Shown piece by piece: positions 44,979 through 54,054 of a DNA stretch of 64,000 nt. Where the stretch lies: the NCBI GenBank assembly GCA_036677065.1, contig JAKFBS010000003.1, positions 320,001 to 384,000 on the forward strand, in the 5' to 3' direction. This DNA is from Bdellovibrio sp. (GTDB lineage Bacteria > Bdellovibrionota > Bdellovibrionia > Bdellovibrionales > Bdellovibrionaceae). The position numbers were made by a program, and so were the translations under genes. The stretch's first letter is position 1, and every line of letters starts with the position of its first letter. The notes beneath the pieces were generated by a model, which made no database searches, was not told the origin of the DNA, and saw only the letters and a program-made list of their open reading frames with translations.

Positions 44979-46637
44979 TTAATTCAAACCGCGCAGTAAA
45001 ACGGTGTCATTTCCTTTAGAGTAGGTCTGTAAATCTAAAGTGTCTGGACTTAAGGAAGGTGCGGGCGGCTTAGCCTGTTCGCTGGGTGGATAATCCAGCG
45101 AATAGTGAATGCCGATCGATTCTTTTCTTTGTAATGCACATTTCACCGTTAAATCTGCAACGATGGCAATATTGCGAAGTTCTAAAATATCACTGTGCAT
45201 TTTCATATTCGAGTAATATTCTTTTACTTCTTGCATGATATTATTTAAGCGGTGTTGTGCGCGCTCTAAACGTTTTGTTGAGCGCACGATGCCGACATAG
45301 TTCCACATCAAGCGGCGAATTTCTTCCCACATGTGATTGATCACAACCATTTCATCTTGGTTGGTTTCGTCCGGTTTAGTCCATGCTTTCGGTTCAGTTT
45401 TAGTTTTTGTGGCCTCAGACAGTTCATTCCAGTTTTGTGCAATTTCAACCGAAGCGTTATGCGACATCACTAAACATTCTAATAATGAATTTGAAGCTAG
45501 GCGATTGGCGCCATGTAAGCCGGTGCAGGCAATTTCACCAATAGCGTAAAGACCTACGATATCGGTTTTTCCTGATGTTGTAGTTTTCACGCCACCACAT
45601 AAATAGTGTGCTGCAGGAACAACGGGAATTGGTTTTTCAGTCATGTCGATGCCGTATTCTAAACAGCGCGCATGAATGGTCGGAAAATGTGATTTTACAA
45701 ATTCACCTTCGCGATGCGAGATATCTAAAAACACACACGGTTCGCCTGATTTTTTCATTTCGGCATCAATTCCGCGGGCGACAATGTCACGCGGAGCAAG
45801 AGAGCCCAGCGGATGAATTTTTCGCATAAAAGCTTCGCCTTTGGCGTTGATTAATTCTCCACCTTCACCACGAACCGCCTCGCTAATTAAGAAATTGCGC
45901 GAATCTTTGTGGTAAAGGCATGTCGGATGAAACTGCATAAATTCTAAATTCGCAACACGCGCACCAGCTCGGTAAGCCATGGCGATACCATCCCCGGTAG
46001 CGCCGCCCCAGTTCGAGGTATAAAGATAAACTTTTCCGGCTCCGCCGGTTGCAAGGATCGTGGTGCTGGCTGTGAATACTTCAACATCACCTGTAAGTTT
46101 GTTTAATACATAACTGCCAATCACTGCAGTTGGTGCAATTAGAGTGGGATCAACTTGTTTGTTGACGATCAGATCAATGGCGAAGTGATTTTCAAATATT
46201 TGAATGTTTGGGTGAGCAGTTACTTTGCTCCAAAGTTTACGATGAATTTCTGCACCGGTTTGGTCTTCGAAATGCAAAATACGACGTTCTGAGTGACCAC
46301 CTTCGCGTGTCAGTTCAGGGTCGAAGTCGACGCCCCAATTAACTAAATCTTTAATTCTTTCAGGAGCTTGCATAACGACGTCACGCACGGCGTTAAGATC
46401 GCAAAGACCAGCGCCAGCGATGACGGTGTCGCGAATATGGCTTTCAAAACTATCGGATTGATCGGTGACCGAAGCAATGCCCCCTTGGGCCATGGCTGAA
46501 TTACTATTAGGGCCTTTATCTTTGGTAACGATAAAAACAGACTTCGTATCAGCTACTTTTAAAGCCATGCTCAGAGCCGCAACTCCAGAGCCCACAATCA
46601 TAATTTCTGCATGGTGTTTCACTGTCAGTTTAGTCAT
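44979..46637 (-). CDS. nadB: L-aspartate oxidase
   Basis: IVGSGVAAL, SAMAQGGIA, REGGHSERRILH, EFMQFHPT, LISEAVRGEG, PAAHY.CGG and GLHGANRLASNSLLE. Start at MTKLTV. Confidence 0.95.
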   Translation of the reverse strand: MTKLTVKHHAEIMIVGSGVAALSMALKVADTKSVFIVTKDKGPNSNSAMAQGGIASVTDQSDSFESHIRDTVIAGAGLCDLNAVRDVVMQAPERIKDLVNWGVDFDPELTREGGHSERRILHFEDQTGAEIHRKLWSKVTAHPNIQIFENHFAIDLIVNKQVDPTLIAPTAVIGSYVLNKLTGDVEVFTASTTILATGGAGKVYLYTSNWGGATGDGIAMAYRAGARVANLEFMQFHPTCLYHKDSRNFLISEAVRGEGGELINAKGEAFMRKIHPLGSLAPRDIVARGIDAEMKKSGEPCVFLDISHREGEFVKSHFPTIHARCLEYGIDMTEKPIPVVPAAHYLCGGVKTTTSGKTDIVGLYAIGEIACTGLHGANRLASNSLLECLVMSHNASVEIAQNWNELSEATKTKTEPKAWTKPDETNQDEMVVINHMWEEIRRLMWNYVGIVRSTKRLERAQHRLNNIMQEVKEYYSNMKMHSDILELRNIAIVADLTVKCALQRKESIGIHYSLDYPPSEQAKPPAPSLSPDTLDLQTYSKGNDTVLLRGLN

Positions 46638-46771
46638 GCAAGCTTTGTAATCTTGTAAACCCAAAATGTCATGACAATTTGTAAGGGGATTATTAGGGAA
46701 AGTGTTGCACAATCCAGCGAAACAAAACAGAATAGAAGTGATAGTCTTTTAGCAAGGATGCAAGAAGCAAA

Positions 46772-48502
46772 ATGAAGTTAAAAACCGTTTATTCCAGTAT
46801 TGCGTTAATTTTTCTTGTCGTAGGCATTGCACTATGGAAATTAAATGAAACTTATCGCGCTGAAAAAGTCTCAGCTAAACAAAACCAGTTACAAACTCAA
46901 TTAACAGCCTTGCGTTCATCATTAGTGAGCCAGATTTCACAATTGCGTAATACGTTAAGCACATACACCGTGCAGATTGATGAATCGAAAATTAATTGGG
47001 TCCAGCTTAAGCCCTTTTACGCCTTGGCTGTTGTGCAAGAAGACTCTGCAAACCGTCTTTCGGTGAATAAACTATTTTTACAATCCGGCTCTGTGGCTGA
47101 ACGTTGGGGTGCGACAACTTTACAGCAAAATTTAAATGCCAAGGTTTCTGGCAATCAATTATTGCGTGTGCAAACTTTTAAAGATGCCAGCGGCCTAGTG
47201 CATTTGGCGATGACTGTTTTTGATCGCGAAAAAAGAAACAATCAACCACGCAGCGGGGTCATGGTTGTTGGTGATATCAGTTATTTTCAAAGATTTTTTG
47301 ATTTACAGCGAACAAGCTCAATCACTCAAGTTTTATTAACAGCTGATAAAACCGTAGCTGCGCACACCGAATACGAATATGTCGGAAACCTTTCTGATGA
47401 AAATAAAGTTTCTGAAAAAAACTTTTTTGTCGACCGCCAAGAGTTGCGCGGTACAAATTTAAATTTATTAAGTTATACATCTAAAAAAGCGCAATCAAAT
47501 TTTGATATTCCCTTTTCAATGCTTGGAATTATCGTTGGTCTTGGATTTTTAATGTCGGGTATTTTGCTTTTTGTGGCCAAGCCCGAGAACGCACAAGTTG
47601 CATCCGCAGCCACGCCAGCGTCAGCTAAACCTGTCATGGAAACAGAATCCATAGGAATTGGGCTTGCCGCTGCTGCGCCAGTGCCTCAGCCGATGGCGCG
47701 GCACTCGAATTTAAAACCAACGGCGCCGCCACAAGTAAATATACCGCTTGAATTTGATGTGGATGCGCAAGTTGTTCCAATTCAAGTTCAGGCTTGTGTG
47801 CAGCAGGCGATTTTTAATTTAGACCGCCAGCTTAAATCATTAGGCGTTGTGATTAAAAAAGAATTCGTGTCTGGTGAAACAGTGCTTTTAGATTATCCAA
47901 AATTTATTAAAATCTTTGAAAATGTGTTATTGAATGTGGCTACAATTTTACCAAACGGTAAAAAACGCATTCAGCTTCGCTCGTACGATGTTGAGCGCGT
48001 AACTGTTTTAGAAATTCAAGCGCCGATTGAAAAACTTAATTTACATGAAGCCATTGTGCCTGTGCTTATGGAAGCTAATGCCGAGTTCTCGCAAGTGGCA
48101 TCAAGCGCTGGCGAGTCGATCTTTAGATTTAGCTTTACTCGCCCAGAAGTTACAGCCGAGCCGGTTGTAACTTTGGCAAACACGGCCCCTCCGGCCGAGA
48201 TGCGCTTTGAATTAAACGATGCTGATGATAGCGAATTTAAAATGTCAGAGCTTAAGCCCGTTAATCCTGTGCAAAACGATTTAGATATCGATGCTCTGTT
48301 GTCTTTAGATGATGAATCGGGAACGCCTCAGTCGCCAGCCAGTGAAACGAAAATTAACATCGAAAAAGAAATGCAACCGGCTAAATTTAAGTTAGATGAA
48401 AAGATGTCGATTGTTGAAGATCCTGTGATCGATATCGAAACCACTGAAAATAAAAAAGCCGATCAAACTAAAGTAAAAATCAGAAGGCCAGAAAAAGGAT
48501 GA
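46772..48502 (+). CDS. Membrane protein with degenerate sensor-histidine-kinase architecture
   Basis: TM, about 220-aa periplasmic domain, TM, Pro/Ala linker, N-box-like segment (LDYPKFIKIFENVLLNVA), acidic tail; no H-box or G-boxes seen. Confidence 0.55.
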   Translation: MKLKTVYSSIALIFLVVGIALWKLNETYRAEKVSAKQNQLQTQLTALRSSLVSQISQLRNTLSTYTVQIDESKINWVQLKPFYALAVVQEDSANRLSVNKLFLQSGSVAERWGATTLQQNLNAKVSGNQLLRVQTFKDASGLVHLAMTVFDREKRNNQPRSGVMVVGDISYFQRFFDLQRTSSITQVLLTADKTVAAHTEYEYVGNLSDENKVSEKNFFVDRQELRGTNLNLLSYTSKKAQSNFDIPFSMLGIIVGLGFLMSGILLFVAKPENAQVASAATPASAKPVMETESIGIGLAAAAPVPQPMARHSNLKPTAPPQVNIPLEFDVDAQVVPIQVQACVQQAIFNLDRQLKSLGVVIKKEFVSGETVLLDYPKFIKIFENVLLNVATILPNGKKRIQLRSYDVERVTVLEIQAPIEKLNLHEAIVPVLMEANAEFSQVASSAGESIFRFSFTRPEVTAEPVVTLANTAPPAEMRFELNDADDSEFKMSELKPVNPVQNDLDIDALLSLDDESGTPQSPASETKINIEKEMQPAKFKLDEKMSIVEDPVIDIETTENKKADQTKVKIRRPEKG

Positions 48503-49956
48503 ATATCAGAGAATTTGCCTCGCAGTTTAGCGTTTCGATATTTACCCAAGATGTGAATTTAGGAACGCAGATCAAGCATGCACTAACTGCAGCAGAATAT
48601 GAAAATTATTATTTTGCTGACGTAGACGAACAATTGTTTCGCATCGAAGATAACCCGCCGCATGTGGTGATCTTTGATATTCGCGGTTCGTTACTTGCTC
48701 CACATGAATTTATTCAAAAATCGCTGCAGGCCTCTAAAGAAATTAAATTTATCTTTTTGGCACCTGCTGAGCAAATTGCTGCTTTTAAAAATTATAAAAA
48801 ATTTAATGTTTATAGTGTTTTTAATGCCGCTGAACCTGCGGTAGATCAGCAAGTTTTGCAATCGGTTGATAATATCTGTGAAATTATTTTTCGCACTTAT
48901 CAAAATGAACAGCTCGCTGAAGATTTACAAAAAGAAACTTCGGCTCGCGAAAAAGTGCAAAGCACTTTAACCAGCGAACGCCAGGCGCCTGAAGTGCGTC
49001 CGTACCAATTGCGTATTTCTGAATATAAATCAGCAACATCTAAAGAAGATTTACTAAATACATTTTACAGCCAAACACCAACCCAATCTTGGATCTATTT
49101 AAAATATGTTCCAAGTATTGAAACTTTCTTATGTGTATCGTTTGCTGGTGTACCTGAAGCATGGGTTGAAGGTTTGTCGTATAAAGTGAACAGCAAAGAC
49201 AGCGATTTTATGCCGCAATTGTTAACTGGAACGCTGCCGGCAGCCTTTGGCGCTTACCTAAAACGTAAATTTGATACCGACCGTGTTAAATTTTTACCGA
49301 TGATCATTCGCGATAAGATCGAAGGCATTTTAATTACGACTCAGGACATTTCTGCTGAAGTGGCCGAAGATTTTTCATTAATGAGCTTGGTATACACACT
49401 TTATGTTTACGAAGCAGAGCCAAAACAACTTGATATCGAAGATCATTTAACGGGTTTTTATAATCAGTTATTTTATTCACGCGTATTAGAGCGCGAAGTC
49501 GATCGCAGTAAACGTGGTTTTGTTCCATTATCATTAATTAAAGTATCTATTGATAAGTTTGCCGAACTTGAGGCAAGCCTTGGTCGCGCCGCCGCTGATC
49601 AGATCATCCTGGCTGTATCAGAAGTGATAAAGGCGACGTCTCGTTTAAATGATTATTTATGTCGAACAGGCGAAAATGAATTCACGATGATTTTAACAAA
49701 CTGTAACCGTAAAGGTGCAGCTTTAAGATCTGACCGTCTTCGTCAGGGTATGATCAAAGAAAATCTGGTACGTGCCGGAGTAAGCATCACAATTAGCCAA
49801 GGCATTAGTGAATACCCAACCTTAACCCGTAATGCATTTGATCTTGATGAAAGCGCTACGCGGGCTTTAAGTTTTATTTCTCAAAAAGGTGGTGATAAAA
49901 TTTGTTTTTATAAATCACCACCTGAACATAAGCCTGATTTCGTAGTGGAGCCCTAA
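48499..49956 (+). CDS. Degenerate GGDEF (GENEF) protein with REC-like N-terminus; CdgA-like c-di-GMP receptor
   Basis: DHLTGFYN, I-site RLND five residues before GENEF, TISQGISEYP and KGGDK; N-terminal PPHVVIFD. Confidence 0.8.
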   Translation: MNIREFASQFSVSIFTQDVNLGTQIKHALTAAEYENYYFADVDEQLFRIEDNPPHVVIFDIRGSLLAPHEFIQKSLQASKEIKFIFLAPAEQIAAFKNYKKFNVYSVFNAAEPAVDQQVLQSVDNICEIIFRTYQNEQLAEDLQKETSAREKVQSTLTSERQAPEVRPYQLRISEYKSATSKEDLLNTFYSQTPTQSWIYLKYVPSIETFLCVSFAGVPEAWVEGLSYKVNSKDSDFMPQLLTGTLPAAFGAYLKRKFDTDRVKFLPMIIRDKIEGILITTQDISAEVAEDFSLMSLVYTLYVYEAEPKQLDIEDHLTGFYNQLFYSRVLEREVDRSKRGFVPLSLIKVSIDKFAELEASLGRAAADQIILAVSEVIKATSRLNDYLCRTGENEFTMILTNCNRKGAALRSDRLRQGMIKENLVRAGVSITISQGISEYPTLTRNAFDLDESATRALSFISQKGGDKICFYKSPPEHKPDFVVEP

Positions 49957-49961
49957 CTAAT

Positions 49962-51131
49962 ATGGAAATGTTCCGCCGCACGTTTGCTGAAATTAATTTA
50001 GATCACTTAAGTCATAACTTTTTTCAAATTAAAAAAGTAGCTGGCGAAGGGCGATTTGTCTGTCCGATGGTGAAAGCAAATGCTTATGGCCACGGTGATC
50101 TTGAAGTGGCAAAGCATTTAGAAAACCTAGGTACAAATCATTTAGGAGTTTGCCTGATTGAAGAAGGCTTGCTTTTAAGAAATTATGGCATCAAATCAAA
50201 AATTTTAGTCTTTCGCGGTTTTGATAAACAAGGAGCGCAGAAAATTTTTGATGCACAGATGACTCCGGTTGTAAGCACCTGGGAGCAAATCACAGCTTTA
50301 GAGAGTGTGGCTGATGAGGCGATTAAGGTTCATTTAAAGTTTAATACAGGAATGAACCGTTTAGGTTTTTCTCCGCTTGAGGCCGAAAAATTAAGAACTT
50401 ATTTTAAAAATTCAAAAAAACTAAAGCTGCGTGCAGTTTTAAGCCATTTTTACTGCGGTGAAGATGCTGTTTTAATTGATGGCCACTCGGCAGCACAGGC
50501 AAAACAGCTCTCTGAAATTCATTCTTATTTTAAGGATGAGGATGTCTGGGCGCATTTATTAAATTCAGGCGGCATTGCAAGCCTTGCAGAGCCTGCGGTG
50601 AAAAATAATCCAGAACATTTTTTAAATAAAACGAATTGGGGGTTTCGCCCCGGATTAATGTTATATGGTTATTCGCCGTCAGAAAATTTAAACAGTATGG
50701 ATTTAAAACCTGTGATGACCTTTAAATCGATGGTGAATAATATTCGTCAGTTAAATGCCGGCGAGTCTGTTTCTTACGGAGCTACTTGGAAAGCTGACAA
50801 GCTTTCAACGATTGCCGTTATTCCTGTAGGTTATGCCGATGGCGTACACCGGTTATTAAGTAATCGCGGTCGCGCTCTGTTTGCAGGCCAAGAAGTTCCA
50901 ATCGTAGGCCGTATTTGCATGGATTTTTTAATGTTAGATGTAACAGATGTTGTTAAAAATTCGAACACGCAGAAATTTGACGAAGAAGAAGTTATTTTAT
51001 TCGGTTATGATCCGGCCGGAAATTTTTTAAGCGCCGAAGTAACAGCGAAGGCTGCTGAAACCATCACTTGGGAAGTCTTAACGGCTGTCGGTGAACGAGT
51101 GCCTAGGCATTACAAAGGTGGGCAGTCGTGA
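49962..51131 (+). CDS. alr: Alanine racemase
   Basis: MVKANAYGHG, HLKFNTGMNRLG, RPGLMLYG, GYADG and GRICMD. Confidence 0.96.
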   Translation: MEMFRRTFAEINLDHLSHNFFQIKKVAGEGRFVCPMVKANAYGHGDLEVAKHLENLGTNHLGVCLIEEGLLLRNYGIKSKILVFRGFDKQGAQKIFDAQMTPVVSTWEQITALESVADEAIKVHLKFNTGMNRLGFSPLEAEKLRTYFKNSKKLKLRAVLSHFYCGEDAVLIDGHSAAQAKQLSEIHSYFKDEDVWAHLLNSGGIASLAEPAVKNNPEHFLNKTNWGFRPGLMLYGYSPSENLNSMDLKPVMTFKSMVNNIRQLNAGESVSYGATWKADKLSTIAVIPVGYADGVHRLLSNRGRALFAGQEVPIVGRICMDFLMLDVTDVVKNSNTQKFDEEEVILFGYDPAGNFLSAEVTAKAAETITWEVLTAVGERVPRHYKGGQS

Positions 51132-51910
51132 TTTTAGAAAAATTTAAAAAGAAAATTAATGATGTTGGTGAAGTTTCGTTATTTGCGATCACCAGCCTTA
51201 GATTACTGTTCACAAAGCCGTATCGTTACGGCGAAGTGATTAAGCACATGGAGTTTATCGGTAATCAATCGGTGGGAATCATTACTTTAACCAGTATATT
51301 CACCGGTCTTGCCTTGTCGTTTCAAATTTATTTAGGTTTTAAATTAGTGAATGCGGTAAATCTTGTAGGCCCAACCGTAGCCTTGGGGATTACGCGCGAA
51401 TTAGGCCCGGTGTTAACAGGCTTAATAGTTGCGGCCCGCGCTGGTGGAGCCATGGCTGCACGTTTGGGAACCATGCGTGTGAATGAACAAATGGATGCCC
51501 TTGATGTGATGGGTGTAAACACCAAGCAATATTTAATTGCTCCACGTATTATAGCTGCGTTTTTATGTATGCCGCTATTAACGGGGTTATTTGATTTTAT
51601 GGCGATGCTGGGCTCATGGTTTTTATGTACCAAAATCGTAGGTCTTGATAGCGCCATCTTTTTTGAAAAAATTCGTCAAACTGTTGATTTTCACCATATT
51701 AACGAAGGTCTTATAAAGTCAGCGATCTTTGGTTTATTGTTCGCCGTAATTTGTACTTATCAGGGTTTTAACACTAAAGGCGGCGCCAAGGGCGTCGGCG
51801 AAGCCACTAATAATGGTGTGGTGATGAGCATGGTCGGCATTATTATTATTGATTATTTCTTAATGAACATTATTCGCGTGGTTTATATTTTTATGGGAAT
51901 TCAAAAATGA
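51128..51910 (+). CDS. mlaE: MlaE-family ABC permease
   Basis: RELGPVLTGLIVAARAG…LGTMRVNEQMDAL and GGAKGVGEAT. Confidence 0.93.
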   Translation: MILEKFKKKINDVGEVSLFAITSLRLLFTKPYRYGEVIKHMEFIGNQSVGIITLTSIFTGLALSFQIYLGFKLVNAVNLVGPTVALGITRELGPVLTGLIVAARAGGAMAARLGTMRVNEQMDALDVMGVNTKQYLIAPRIIAAFLCMPLLTGLFDFMAMLGSWFLCTKIVGLDSAIFFEKIRQTVDFHHINEGLIKSAIFGLLFAVICTYQGFNTKGGAKGVGEATNNGVVMSMVGIIIIDYFLMNIIRVVYIFMGIQK

Positions 51911-52665
51911 ACGAATACGCAATTGAAATCAAAGACCTTAAAAAAAGTTTCGATGGCAAAGAATTCGTTCTTAAGGGCCTTGATCTTAAAATTCCCAAAG
52001 GCAGTTTAACGGCGATTATTGGTTTTTCCGGTACGGGAAAATCAGTCATGTTAAAACATATCTTAGGTTTATTTAAGCCGACTTCCGGCTCTGTGAAAGT
52101 TTTAGGAACAGAACTCGCATCAATGGATGAAAACGAGCTGACAAAGTTTCGTTGTAACTTTGGCGTGCTTTTTCAAAGTGCGGCGTTGTTTGATGATATG
52201 ACGGTTTTAGAAAATGTGTGTTTTCCGCTTGAAGAACATCGCCGGCAATTACAAAAAAATCAGGTTGTTCAAATTGCACAGACAAAACTAAAGATGGTTG
52301 GCTTGGATCCTATGCACTATAATAAATTACCGAGTGAAATTTCAGGCGGTATGCAAAAAAGAACAGGTTTAGCCCGGGCACTGGCCTTAGATCCAGGGAT
52401 CATTATTTACGATGAACCCACGACTGGACTCGATCCGATTTTGACCGAAATGGTCGATGATTTAATTTTAGAAACACATAAACTAAACCAAGGCACGACT
52501 TCGGTCATGGTGTCGCACGATTTAAGTGCAGCTTTTAGAATCGCAGACTTTATTGTGATGCTCGATGCTGGTAAAGTGTTACTAGCTGGAACTGCTCAGG
52601 ATTTCTTTAATTCGGATATTGAGTTAGTTAAGCGATTTGTGACAAAAGGGATGAAGCATCAATGA
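51907..52665 (+). CDS. mlaF: MlaF-family ABC ATPase
   Basis: GFSGTGKS, LFQSAALFD, SGGMQKR and YDEPTTGLDP. Confidence 0.93.
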   Translation: MNEYAIEIKDLKKSFDGKEFVLKGLDLKIPKGSLTAIIGFSGTGKSVMLKHILGLFKPTSGSVKVLGTELASMDENELTKFRCNFGVLFQSAALFDDMTVLENVCFPLEEHRRQLQKNQVVQIAQTKLKMVGLDPMHYNKLPSEISGGMQKRTGLARALALDPGIIIYDEPTTGLDPILTEMVDDLILETHKLNQGTTSVMVSHDLSAAFRIADFIVMLDAGKVLLAGTAQDFFNSDIELVKRFVTKGMKHQ

Positions 52666-54044
52666 GTTTTTTCAGCACCGCAGAATTTAAAGTAGGCGCG
52701 CTTGTCGTATCCATCGGGGCTTTGATCGCGCTTATGTCGATGCAAGTCAGCGATGATCCTTCGTTTCTAGGTCGATCAAAAAAAGCCTGGTTTTATTTAG
52801 ATAACGCTAACGGCCTTACAAAGGGCTCTGCGATTCGTTCTGCCGGAATTCCCGTCGGCGCCATCAAAGATATTTCTTTGCATGAAGGTAAAGCGCGTAT
52901 TGATGTTTCAGTAAAATCTGATGTGCCATTAACCCGCTCAGCAGTAGTTGAAATGCGCGCCAACGGAATCTTAGGTGATAAATATATCGAAATCACTCCG
53001 GGAAATTCAACGGATCCAGGCCTGGAAGACGGCGGTCAGATTGCCAATGTTAAAACCGGCGGTTCACTTGATGATGTGATGTCGCAAGTTTCTGAAATCA
53101 CCACCAGCCTAAAAGATGTCGCGAAAAATTTAAATGAAGCAACAACTGCTGAAGGTACAAATAAACATATCTTGGGCCGTATCGTTATGAATATCGAAAA
53201 ATTAACCGGCGATATTTCACATATGACAGCTGAAAACAAAGAACAAATCGGTGAAATCGTTGATCAGGTGCATAACATCACTTCGACAATGGATGATTTA
53301 ATTAATGATGAAAGTGAAACAGGCTTTAAGAAAACCTGGAAGAACTCGATGGCTCGCATTGATAAGTCATTAAAAAATATCGAAGAAATCACTGATAAAG
53401 TAAATAACGGCGAAGGCACTATCGGAAAACTAATCTCTGATGAAAAAACAGCAGAAGATGTGTCATCGGCGATCGAAGGTTTAAGCGGTCTGGTTGATAC
53501 GGCCAATAAAACTTCGACGGCTTTTGATTTTAATGGGTATTACTTAGATAACATCGAAGAAGCCAAATCTTCAATCGGTATTCAAATTCAACCAGGCCTG
53601 GATCGTTACTACTATTTAGCTTTAGTGGATGATCCAGCAGGCGTTGTAGATAAGAAAAATACTGTAACGACAACTAACGGTGGCCCAGCAAACAGCACTG
53701 ACGAAACTGTGACATACAAAAATGAAACAAAATTTACGGCTCTTTTTGCTAAAAATGTTTTTGATTTTACAATTAAAGGCGGGTTAATCGAAAATGCAGC
53801 GGGTGTCGGTTTAGATTATTCGCCATTTAGAATACACCGTCTTAAGTTTTCTTTTGAAGCCTTTGATTTTGAAAATGCAAACTTACGCACAACGGTTTCT
53901 TATAAGTTTCGCTATGGTTTATATGTCTTAGGTGGCTATAACGACATGTTAAATAACACTGATGCACAGTCATTCTATGCTGGTGCCGGTTTATTCTTAA
54001 CTAATGATGATCTTAAACTACTTTTAACGAAATCCCCATTCTAG
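52662..54044 (+). CDS. mlaD: Long MlaD/MCE protein (TM, MCE, helical rod, beta-strand domain)
   Basis: EFKVG TM, GL.KGS.IR.AGIPVG and GILGDKYIEI.PG; heptad region with GEGTIGKL; C-terminal amphipathic strands. Confidence 0.88.
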   Translation: MSFFSTAEFKVGALVVSIGALIALMSMQVSDDPSFLGRSKKAWFYLDNANGLTKGSAIRSAGIPVGAIKDISLHEGKARIDVSVKSDVPLTRSAVVEMRANGILGDKYIEITPGNSTDPGLEDGGQIANVKTGGSLDDVMSQVSEITTSLKDVAKNLNEATTAEGTNKHILGRIVMNIEKLTGDISHMTAENKEQIGEIVDQVHNITSTMDDLINDESETGFKKTWKNSMARIDKSLKNIEEITDKVNNGEGTIGKLISDEKTAEDVSSAIEGLSGLVDTANKTSTAFDFNGYYLDNIEEAKSSIGIQIQPGLDRYYYLALVDDPAGVVDKKNTVTTTNGGPANSTDETVTYKNETKFTALFAKNVFDFTIKGGLIENAAGVGLDYSPFRIHRLKFSFEAFDFENANLRTTVSYKFRYGLYVLGGYNDMLNNTDAQSFYAGAGLFLTNDDLKLLLTKSPF

Positions 54045-54054
54045 GAGAGCCGCC

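Noticed and set aside
46638..46712. N-terminal extension of nadB and the TGTCATGACA palindrome at 46667-46676
   Set aside because: The extension precedes the FAD-binding motif and covers the divergent promoter region; the 10-bp palindrome alone is too short to call an operator.
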